Shown: one piece after another, positions 18,907 to 26,835 of the stretch
Numbering within the stretch: position 1 is the first letter of the stretch
Layout of the letters: each line of letters opens with the position of its first letter
NCBI GenBank assembly: GCA_947054185.1
Contig: CAMRVW010000001.1
Span: 1 to 53,023 of the forward strand
Direction of reading: 5' to 3'
DNA: 53,023 nucleotides
Origin: an uncultured Rikenellaceae bacterium
Lineage (GTDB): Bacteria > Bacteroidota > Bacteroidia > Bacteroidales > Rikenellaceae
Notes under the pieces: generated by a model
Told to the model about the DNA's origin: nothing
What the model saw: only the letters and a program-made list of their open reading frames with translations
Databases searched by the model: none
Position numbers and translations under genes: made by a program

Positions 18907-20196
18907 TCAGTTGACCCTGTTTATTGTGAGGGTGGCTTTCACCTCTGCCTCCTTGTTGTCGACAAGGGTCATGTGGAACTTGTGTGTGTTGACATCGAGC
19001 AGAGACATGAAGGCGCCCACAGAGAACGAGGTGCTTTGTGCTCCGGCAATGGGTTTGCTGTCGATGAGACCGAGGTTGGTGAAAGCCCCCTTAAGCTCGT
19101 CAGACAGATTGGCGATGTCAAATTTGACGGGTATGTTGAGACCGCCCAATAGTTCTTCTGTGAGCAACGGCGAGTCTATCTCCACGAAAAGATGTGCGAT
19201 GCCTTCGGGGGCGTTGAAGTTGACGATCACTTCGGCCCCTGCCGCCTCCGCTTCGGTGAAGGTGAGGGGATTGGCTATGTTGAAGCCCTTGCCTTTGATG
19301 GTGGGGGCGCCGCCTTGCGGGGTGTCGTTGTCGTCCCATGGGTTGTCGGTGTCGCCGAAGTCGCTGCCGTCACCATCGTCGCCGCCCTCTTCGGGGATGA
19401 CCACGTCATACTCTTTGTCGGTGATCTCACCATCGAATATTATGCCCATATCGGCCTGCCCCGTGCCTATGGCGCTGATGCGGAAGCGGTGCAGTTCATT
19501 GGCCTTGATGTCGTCTATCATGACGGTCTTGGTGAGCACCGTGCCGCTCTTCTTGCTGGTACCTTTGGCAGTGACCCTCAGGCCGCCGGTGCCGACAGAG
19601 AAGAATCCGTATCTGTTTTTACCGTCAGGGGTGAAGACGAGCTCGCTGTTTTTGTTGCCGGCGTCAGTTTTGGCTATGGTGATGGTGCCGCCGTCGAGCT
19701 GTTCGGCGAAACTGGGGTCGAACTCGACGTATGTGGCTGCGCTTTGGAGCCTGCACGAGAGGTTGATCTCGGTGAGCTTGCCGGGCATTATGCCGATGCG
19801 GTCTTCGCCTCTGAAGTGTGGCGTGTCGAAACTTGCGATCTTTACATCGCGGCTTTCGGCTATAAGTGTGTAACTGCCCTTCTCTATCTCGGCAATGGGA
19901 GGCACGTCAGAGAGTCGGTCCCACTGGTGGGTGACGGCTTCGGTCTCGTTGTCGACAAGGGTTATCTTGAAGTCATCGACAACGGCCATTGCGGCTATGG
20001 CGTCACGATGCTCGTTTACAGAGACATTGTCGCTTATAGTGCCGTGGTCTGAGACCGACAGACTCTGCATGTCGGGGCGAGACTGGAGCCTGAAGCCCAT
20101 ATCTTTCTCGGTGCGCGAGGTGCTGCTGGCGCATGATGCTGCCATTATGCCGCCTGCCAGCAGGGTCAAGGTGTATAAGAAAGATTTTTTCATCAT
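18907..20196 (-). CDS. DUF4493-like surface lipoprotein with acidic linker, operon gene 2
   Basis: Lipobox MAASC. A DUF4493-like block (FDTPHFRGEDRIGIMPGKLTEINLSCRL...YVEF) is followed by the acidic linker PEEGGDDGDGSDFGDTDNPWDDNDTPQGG and a C-terminal Ig-like region. No PCMD domain is present. Confidence 0.7.
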   Translation of the reverse strand: MMKKSFLYTLTLLAGGIMAASCASSTSRTEKDMGFRLQSRPDMQSLSVSDHGTISDNVSVNEHRDAIAAMAVVDDFKITLVDNETEAVTHQWDRLSDVPPIAEIEKGSYTLIAESRDVKIASFDTPHFRGEDRIGIMPGKLTEINLSCRLQSAATYVEFDPSFAEQLDGGTITIAKTDAGNKNSELVFTPDGKNRYGFFSVGTGGLRVTAKGTSKKSGTVLTKTVMIDDIKANELHRFRISAIGTGQADMGIIFDGEITDKEYDVVIPEEGGDDGDGSDFGDTDNPWDDNDTPQGGAPTIKGKGFNIANPLTFTEAEAAGAEVIVNFNAPEGIAHLFVEIDSPLLTEELLGGLNIPVKFDIANLSDELKGAFTNLGLIDSKPIAGAQSTSFSVGAFMSLLDVNTHKFHMTLVDNKEAEVKATLTINRVN

Positions 20197-20259
20197 AATC
20201 TTTATTTTGTTCCGTAAGCAGCCTTGTTATTGACGTGCAATTTCAAAAAGGTCGCTTAA

Positions 20260-22407
20260 TTATAGTTTCGTATATATCAGTTCGACATTGTCAACGGTAA
20301 GCACGTTACCGATGTATTTACTGTCGGCGTATGCTTTAAACGCACCCAACGAGCCTTTGACCGGGTTGACTTTGGGAGTGTCGGCCGATGACGATTTGAA
20401 AGCCACGGATATATGGGTCGCTTTGAGGGCGGTGTTCGAGTAAACGAATGCAATGGTCGCTGTCGTGAAGTCGTTCATCGGGGTCTTGGCCGTTTCAGGG
20501 TCGATCTGCGCTCGCGCCAACTCGGTGACGGTGCCGTCTTCGGCGCGGTGCTCGACGATGGCCCACGCATCGAAGGCCTCTTCGCCTATCTGTGCGAACT
20601 TATAGTCGAATCTCACACCCTCTGGGCGGGAGGGGAACGAGCGGCCCATGTTTTCAGTGCGGTTAGAGATATCGTAATCGCCGATGAAAAGCATGCCCGC
20701 GGTGATGTTTTTCTTAATTCCTGCGCCTCCGGGGAAGGTCGAGCCGCTGCCCCAGTTGACGGTACTGATCTCAGCCGCCAACCCGCTAGGACCTTGCGCC
20801 GAACGTGTGCCGGAGTATTGGTTGTAATATGTCGAGGTGCCGTTCTTATCGCTGGTGGTGAGGGCGTTGCGCGTGTCCCAATATTTGGTGGCGGGGGTGT
20901 TGAAATCGTAAGGGAAGACCTCGTAAATCTCTATACCCATGCCCATAAGGAGCTTTTTGTAACACATCTGCTCGCTCCATGTCTCGAAATCGCGGCCGGG
21001 CACCTGCTCGTCTTTTTCGGTGGCAAACTCCGTTTCGGGGCCGAATGTGCTGTTATTGTAACATATCCTTACCTTGTAAGCGGTTTGCGGGTTGAAGCCC
21101 CAGACCTCCATTTGCAAGCTGTCGCCGGTTTCGTTGAGTGTCTTTTCTGCGGGCAGGTCTATCCACCGGCCGTCTGCAAAGCGCTGCAACTTGAATTTTT
21201 CAGGGTTGGCATCGGTGATGGTTATGCCAGTCTCTATGTGACGGGCCCATGCCATGCCCTCCGAGCTCATGTAATCGAAGCGTGCGGGGTCGACGTGGGC
21301 GGTGTATGTCGGGCTTGTGACGGTCTGGCCCATGCCGTCGGTGACTTTCAGGGTGAAAGTGTGGTCGCCGGGGGAGAGCATGCCCAATGTGGAGCTGAAA
21401 TCTATGTTGCCGGATGTGTTGTCGGCCATCTCGTCCCATTTGAGCGAGTCGCGTTCGAGCACCTTTTTGGTGTCGGCGTCGAGGGTGAGCAGGTCAAACT
21501 CTTCAGGCCATCCGTTAGCTCTCAGGAATGGTGATTCGACTTTAAGTATGCACTCCCTTATCTGTCCCGGGGCATATATGCCTATGCGGGCATTTTCGGT
21601 GAAGCCCTCGGTATATGTGGCGCGGTTGTCGGTAAAGCCTGTGACTGCAAATTCGGGCGCCGGTTTGGGCAACATGAATTTGGGTATCTCGAAGACAAGC
21701 TCCTTGTCGTCTGTGGTCAGATCTTTCTCTATGTTGAGAGAGAAAGTGCCGCCGCCGTTCTTAAGGTTGAGCTTTATGTGCTCGCCCGGTTTGACATCTT
21801 TTACGGTGGGGGGGATGTATATCTTCTGCTCTCCGTCAGTGTTTGTGAATGACACTCTGAAACGTATGTCGGCAGGGGGGGCGAAAGCTGAACGTGTCTC
21901 TTCCGGAGTGAACGTAAGACGTGTGCCCGAGGTGTAAAGAAGCACCGACAGGTCGCTGTGGGTCTCAAGGAAATCGTCGTCGGGGCATACGCTTATGCGT
22001 ACGTTGCGCAATCCAGCTGTCACCGACACGGGGGTCACCTTGCCGGGCAGTATGGTGACGGGGCTTTCGCCGTAATAATAGGGCTTGGAGAAACCGACCT
22101 TGGTGGAGTCGCCATAGAATGCGACCACCTTGTGTGTGCCCTGACGCACGTTGCCATAGCCTGTAAGGTCGGAATAACGGTTCCACTTCTTGAGAAGCGT
22201 CTGACCCGAATATATGAGAAGACGGAAATTGCCGAGGGTGGTGCCGCAGTCGTCGATAGGCTCGTCAAGGCTCTCCATAGCTTGAGAGCAGGCCAGCGAC
22301 ATGCTTATGGTGCCTTCGCCTTGCCCGGGGGCCTCGTCTGACCGTTTGCATCCCGACGCAAGAAGCGTAAAGATAAATATGAAGGTAAATATTTTAGCCA
22401 TATCCAA
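20260..22407 (-). CDS. DUF4493-like/FN3/PCMD surface lipoprotein, operon gene 1
   Basis: Lipobox LLASGC. A DUF4493-like block (FSKPYYYGESPVTILPGKVTPVSV...RNVRISV) is followed by FN3-like VWGFNPQTAYKVRICY and a divergent PCMD-like C-terminus (ITAGMLFIGDY...MGRSFPSRPEGVRFDYKF...THISVAFKSS...VDNVELIY). Confidence 0.72.
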   Translation of the reverse strand: MDMAKIFTFIFIFTLLASGCKRSDEAPGQGEGTISMSLACSQAMESLDEPIDDCGTTLGNFRLLIYSGQTLLKKWNRYSDLTGYGNVRQGTHKVVAFYGDSTKVGFSKPYYYGESPVTILPGKVTPVSVTAGLRNVRISVCPDDDFLETHSDLSVLLYTSGTRLTFTPEETRSAFAPPADIRFRVSFTNTDGEQKIYIPPTVKDVKPGEHIKLNLKNGGGTFSLNIEKDLTTDDKELVFEIPKFMLPKPAPEFAVTGFTDNRATYTEGFTENARIGIYAPGQIRECILKVESPFLRANGWPEEFDLLTLDADTKKVLERDSLKWDEMADNTSGNIDFSSTLGMLSPGDHTFTLKVTDGMGQTVTSPTYTAHVDPARFDYMSSEGMAWARHIETGITITDANPEKFKLQRFADGRWIDLPAEKTLNETGDSLQMEVWGFNPQTAYKVRICYNNSTFGPETEFATEKDEQVPGRDFETWSEQMCYKKLLMGMGIEIYEVFPYDFNTPATKYWDTRNALTTSDKNGTSTYYNQYSGTRSAQGPSGLAAEISTVNWGSGSTFPGGAGIKKNITAGMLFIGDYDISNRTENMGRSFPSRPEGVRFDYKFAQIGEEAFDAWAIVEHRAEDGTVTELARAQIDPETAKTPMNDFTTATIAFVYSNTALKATHISVAFKSSSADTPKVNPVKGSLGAFKAYADSKYIGNVLTVDNVELIYTKL

Positions 22408-22587
22408 ACCCTTTCCGCACCTTATAATTTAAGAAAGTTCCCTTTTATTGGGGGTGGGTCTTTTTAAGGTGCTTGCGGTTGTTTTTCCGGCGGCGATATC
22501 TTGCCGTCTGTCCGTTTTGCGGAGTGTGCGTTCGCTGAACGTGACATGCCGACAAACGGGGTCTTGGTATTTGTAACCTGACCGGGA

Positions 22588-22595
22588 CAAAGATA
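22588..22595 (-). promoter_or_regulatory. -7 box TATCTTTG for the PCMD/DUF4493 operon
   Basis: The reverse complement of caaagata lies ~180 nt upstream of the ATG at 22407, implying a long leader. Confidence 0.45.
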
Positions 22596-22877
22596 TGGCA
22601 TTTTTGATGGAGGTCCAAATTTTTTCGTCTGTTTTTTTGCTTAAAACGGCCTGTGGGGTGTTGTGGGGCCGATTGTCGGGTGGTAAATGAGAGGTTGCCG
22701 TGTGTGGTGTGCGGCGGGTTAGTGTTTTTTTTATTTTCTTTATTTTAAGATAACGATTATGTTGTTTTTGCGGTTATGACTCTTACATTTTAAGCGATAT
22801 CAGGCCTGTTGTAATGCGTTTTGTTGTGGCGTGACGGTAAAAATGTGGCAAATGTGATGCAACTCGGAAAATATTAT

Positions 22878-22885
22878 TATCTTTG
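22878..22885 (+). promoter_or_regulatory. -7 box TATCTTTG for aspA
   Basis: Exact match 83 nt upstream of the ATG at 22968. Confidence 0.5.
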
Positions 22886-22967
22886 TGGTGCCCTGTGGCG
22901 CGATGCGTCAGGCGGGTAAATGTGCTTTAATCATCAGCTCTGAAAGAAGACTTAAATTTTAACCGTT

Positions 22968-24404
22968 ATGAAGATAACAGAACAGCAATTATCCGGCCAG
23001 GTGAGGGTGGAGCACGACCTTCTCGGCGACAAAAGCATTCCTGTCGAATATTATTTCGGCGTACAAACCATGCGTGCGGTGGAGAATTTCCACATCAGCC
23101 GTGTGAGTCTTGGCATGTATCCAGTGTTCGTCAAGGCTTTGGCCATTGTAAAACAGGCTGCTGCCGAAGCCAACTGCGAGTTGGGCATTCTTCCCGTCGA
23201 GATACGCGATGCCATTGTGGCGGCATGTAAAGAGGTGCGTGAGGGCAAGTTCGACGAACATTTCGTTGTCGACATGATTCAGGGCGGTGCCGGTACTTCA
23301 ACCAACATGAACGCCAACGAGGTGATTGCCAACCGTGCCCTGGAGATAATGGGGCACAAGAAGGGCGAGTATAAATACTGCCACCCCAACAACCACGTAA
23401 ACCTCTCGCAGTCAACTAACGACGCCTATCCCACATCGGTGCGCGTGGCATTGCTTTACCGTACCCGCGACCTTGTGGAGACTCTCAGGCAGCTCGTCGA
23501 GGCGTTCCGTGCCAAGGGAGAAGAGTTTGCCGACGTGATAAAAATGGGGCGCACCCAGATGCAGGATGCCGTGCCCATGACCCTCGGGCAGGAGTTCGGC
23601 GCCTATGCTGCCACTCTGGCAGAGGAGATAGAGCGTCTGGAGCATAACGTGCGTCTGTTCCTTGAGGTCAACATGGGTGCCACGGCCATAGGTACGGGCA
23701 TCAACTCAGACCCCGATTACACTCCCACCTGCATCAGGCACTTGGCGCAGATTTCGGGCATGCCCGTGGTGGCGGCAGGCAACATGATAGAGGCAACCAA
23801 CGACACCGGCGCGTTCATCATGTATTCGTCGGCAGTCAAACGACTGGCTGTCAAACTGTCTAAGATAAGCAACGACCTCCGTCTGTTGTCATCGGGTCCG
23901 CGCACCGGCTTTAACGAGATAAATCTGCCCCCCATGCAGCCCGGCTCGACCATCATGCCCGGCAAGGTCAACCCAGTAATTCCCGAGGTGGTCAGCCAGA
24001 TAGCCTTCAAGGTGATAGGCAACGACCTTACCGTCACCATGGCCGTGGAGGCGGCTCAGCTTGAGCTTAACGCCATGGAGCCTATAATAGTGCAGGCGCT
24101 CTTTGAGAACATAGAGATGCTTATAAACGGCATGAACACCCTGCGCGAAAGGTGCATCGTGGGCATCACCGCCAACAAAGAGCGTTGCCGCGACATGGTG
24201 TACCACAGCATTGGTCTTGTGACCGCTCTCAACCCCTATTTGGGTTATGAGGTATCGACCGAGCTGGCCAAAGAGGCGCTGGAAAACAACAAGGGCGTAT
24301 ATGACCTTGTGCTCGAGAAGGGGCTGATGTCTAAAGAGGAGCTCGACAATGTGTTGCGCCCCGAAAACATGGTCAAGCCGCGTAAGTTCGTGACCAAAAA
24401 ATAG
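22968..24404 (+). CDS. aspA: Aspartate ammonia-lyase
   Basis: 478 aa. The fumarate-lyase superfamily signature GSTIMPGKVNP and the N-terminal VEHDLLGDKSIPVEYYFGVQTMRA are typical of aspartase. Confidence 0.92.
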   Translation: MKITEQQLSGQVRVEHDLLGDKSIPVEYYFGVQTMRAVENFHISRVSLGMYPVFVKALAIVKQAAAEANCELGILPVEIRDAIVAACKEVREGKFDEHFVVDMIQGGAGTSTNMNANEVIANRALEIMGHKKGEYKYCHPNNHVNLSQSTNDAYPTSVRVALLYRTRDLVETLRQLVEAFRAKGEEFADVIKMGRTQMQDAVPMTLGQEFGAYAATLAEEIERLEHNVRLFLEVNMGATAIGTGINSDPDYTPTCIRHLAQISGMPVVAAGNMIEATNDTGAFIMYSSAVKRLAVKLSKISNDLRLLSSGPRTGFNEINLPPMQPGSTIMPGKVNPVIPEVVSQIAFKVIGNDLTVTMAVEAAQLELNAMEPIIVQALFENIEMLINGMNTLRERCIVGITANKERCRDMVYHSIGLVTALNPYLGYEVSTELAKEALENNKGVYDLVLEKGLMSKEELDNVLRPENMVKPRKFVTKK

Positions 24405-24466
24405 TGTCGCCAACCGTCATTCTCTTTCAGCGGTTCTGCGAAGCCGTGAAAGAGCGATAACATCAA

Positions 24467-24494
24467 GGCCGTCATATCATTGACGGCCTTTTTT
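24467..24494 (+). terminator. Rho-independent terminator of aspA
   Basis: ggccgtca (24467-24474) pairs with tgacggcc (24481-24488), followed by T6. Confidence 0.8.
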
Positions 24495-24668
24495 GTGTAT
24501 TTGCGGGAGATTTTGTGGATGTACGGGGCGGTGAGTTGACGGCTTTGGGTGACAATTACATAGAGTCGGGCAGACGGCAATAACAGAGGACTGTTTTCTA
24601 TATTATTATATATAAGAGGTGTAAGGAAATAGGACGGTACGGATGAAAAATAGCGTTTTGCAACACAA

Positions 24669-25072
24669 TTGCAAAACAAAACGGCTATCTTTGACCTGAT
24701 GGTTTAAGGTACTCGTGCTCGGCAAAAGCAGACAAAGTTGCTTGTCTCTCGGCTTAACCGTATCGTTGACCTGACGGTCTAAGATACTCCGCCTCGGACA
24801 ACCAAATAAAATTTGCTTGTCTCTCGGCTTAACCGTATCGTTGACCTGACGGTTTTAAGATACTCTCGCTCGGCAAAAAAACAAACAAGTTTGCTTTTGC
24901 GCTCGCTTATCCGTATCGTTGGCTGACGCCTTAGATACTTCGCCTCGGACAACCAAATAAAATTTGCTTGTCTCTCGGCTTCATCGTATCTTTAACCTGC
25001 TGGTTTAAGGTACTCGTGCTCGGCAAAACACAAACAAGTTTGCTTTTGCGCTCGCTTAATCGTATCTTTGTG
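24669..25072 (+). repeat. Tandem array of ~5.4 units (73-78 nt) of a promoter-like repeat ending at the start of the metal-efflux operon
   Basis: Units begin at about 24669, 24738, 24813, 24891, 24964 and 25039. Each has TTGCTT..N~20..TATC(G/T)TTG. Exact TATCTTTG boxes lie at 24686-24693 and 25063-25070, the latter 5 nt before the ATG at 25076. Confidence 0.9.
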
Positions 25073-25075
25073 GTG

Positions 25076-25498
25076 ATGAACAAGAGATTGTTACATATAG
25101 TGTTGCTGTTGGCGGCCGCCGTTTCGTTCGTGGCCCATGCCGCGGTTGTGCACCATCATCATCTTAGAACTGTATGTCTGGATGTGGTCTGTGAGTGCAT
25201 GTGCCCGGGTGAGTGCGGCACGTGTGACGGTTGCGACGGTTGCCACGACGGCGACACCTGCCGGGAGGAGTGTGTGGCGTTCGCCTTGTTCGAGTTGCCG
25301 CACTCTCACGACGACGAATCGGTTGCGGCGAGCGACCTGCCCGACAGTGGCCCGGTGCCATTATCGGTTGAAGATGTGAGGGTGGCTGCGGTGTGCGCGG
25401 GGTGTCTCTTGTCGTGTGACGATGCCATGGCGTTGCCACACCGTCTTATTGTAAGGTCGTTGTCTTTGCGTGCCCCGCCGGTGGGGCTTTATGTGTGA
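25076..25498 (+). CDS. Small secreted Cys/His-rich protein (putative metal-binding)
   Basis: 140 aa starting MNKRLLHIVLLLAAAVSFVAHA (signal peptide), then HHHH and 13 Cys (VCLDVVCECMCPGECGTCDGCDGCHDGDTCREEC...). It is the first gene of the RND operon. The longer ORF from 24968 uses TTG inside the repeat array. Confidence 0.5.
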   Translation: MNKRLLHIVLLLAAAVSFVAHAAVVHHHHLRTVCLDVVCECMCPGECGTCDGCDGCHDGDTCREECVAFALFELPHSHDDESVAASDLPDSGPVPLSVEDVRVAAVCAGCLLSCDDAMALPHRLIVRSLSLRAPPVGLYV

Positions 25499-25584
25499 GT
25501 CCGGGCGTCGGGATGATGCCGGGGTCTGTTTTTGTGTCCGCATAGTTTGCGGCATTAGTCTTACATTTCAATTACCGGACAATC

Positions 25585-26823
25585 ATGTTTAGATATATAA
25601 TGTTGTTTGCGGCGTTTCTGTTTGTCGTATCGTGCGACGGCGGAAGTGCCGATGCCGATGTGGCCGTTGCTGTGGGCGCGGCGCACGACCATGACCATGA
25701 AGACGAGCATAACCATGGCGACGATCACGTTCACGGCGCTCTCGACCACGAGGACGAGCATGCCGACGAGGCGCACGACCATGACGAAGATGCCCGTGTG
25801 ATAGTGTTCAATCCCGAAACGGCCGCCAAGCTGGGGTTTGAGATAACGGAGGCGACGGTGCGGCCCGTGAGCGGCGCCCTGCATGTGGCCGGACGGGTGT
25901 TGTCGGCACAGGGCGACGAGGCGGTGGTGTCGGCGCCGGTGTCGGGCATGGTGGCCTTGCCCGAGAGGAGTCTGGCCGACGGCGTGTATGTCGCCAAGGG
26001 TCAGACCGTCATGACCATAGTTTCTGACGATATGTTGCAAGACAATTACATGGAGCAGTTTAACGCTGCCAAGGCGGCTTACGACAAGGCTTCGGGCGAT
26101 TATGAAAGGGCACGTCAGTTGGCCGGCGACACTATTGTGAGCGCCAAGGAGCTGGCGGCCGTAAAGGCGGAGTATATGCAGGCCAAGGTCCGTTATGAGG
26201 TGTTGGCGCGCAATGCCGCAAATGGCGGCAAGCGGGTGGTGGCGCCCATGGCGGGTTATGTGGGAGCCATAGAGGTGCGACAGGGTCAGTATGTCGCCTC
26301 GGGGACGCCTCTTGCCGTGATTACGCAAGGCAGGCGTATGAGGTTGCGTGTGGATGTGCCGCAGCGCGATTTCGCCGTCATGGGGCAGAGGCTGTCGGCG
26401 CGTTTTGTCACCCCTTACGACGGCAAATGTTACGATATCGCCGACATGGACGGGCGGTTGGTCTCTAAAGGAAGATCGACCGACGGCGGCTTCTTCGTGC
26501 CCGTGACCTTTGAGTTTGACGGTGCCGGGCAGGTGATGCCGGGGGCGTTCGTGGATGTCTATCTGTCGGGCGGCGATGCCAAAGAGGTGTTGGCCGTGCC
26601 GGCGGGGGCGTTGGTTGAAGAGCAGGGAGTCTATTCGGTATATAAGAGAGTGGGACCCGACGAGTTTGAGAAACGATATGTAAAGCCCGGAGTCAGCGAC
26701 GGCGGGTATGTCGAGATTGCGGCCGGCCTGGAGCCCGGCGACAGGGTGGTGTCGAGCGGTGCCTATTATGTAAAGTTGGCGGGGGTATCGGCCTCGGTGC
26801 CGGCGCACAGTCATTCACATTAA
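25585..26823 (+). CDS. Efflux RND periplasmic adaptor (CzcB/CusB-like) with His/Asp/Glu-rich N-terminus
   Basis: 412 aa with lipobox FVVSC. The segment AHDHDHEDEHNHGDDHVHGALDHEDEHADEAHDHDED precedes the barrel-sandwich/hairpin regions typical of membrane fusion proteins. Confidence 0.88.
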   Translation: MFRYIMLFAAFLFVVSCDGGSADADVAVAVGAAHDHDHEDEHNHGDDHVHGALDHEDEHADEAHDHDEDARVIVFNPETAAKLGFEITEATVRPVSGALHVAGRVLSAQGDEAVVSAPVSGMVALPERSLADGVYVAKGQTVMTIVSDDMLQDNYMEQFNAAKAAYDKASGDYERARQLAGDTIVSAKELAAVKAEYMQAKVRYEVLARNAANGGKRVVAPMAGYVGAIEVRQGQYVASGTPLAVITQGRRMRLRVDVPQRDFAVMGQRLSARFVTPYDGKCYDIADMDGRLVSKGRSTDGGFFVPVTFEFDGAGQVMPGAFVDVYLSGGDAKEVLAVPAGALVEEQGVYSVYKRVGPDEFEKRYVKPGVSDGGYVEIAAGLEPGDRVVSSGAYYVKLAGVSASVPAHSHSH

Positions 26824-26835
26824 TCGGTTAAAGAG

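Noticed and set aside
24669-25072. A CRISPR array as the explanation for the ~75-nt tandem repeats.
   Set aside because: The whole unit repeats with no unique spacers, the units are degenerate, and no cas genes are present. It is a tandem direct repeat, not a repeat-spacer array.
25561-26814. 417-aa ORF antisense to the CzcB-like adaptor gene.
   Set aside because: It has Arg/His/Gly-rich mirror-frame composition, and the sense frame has clear membrane fusion protein features.
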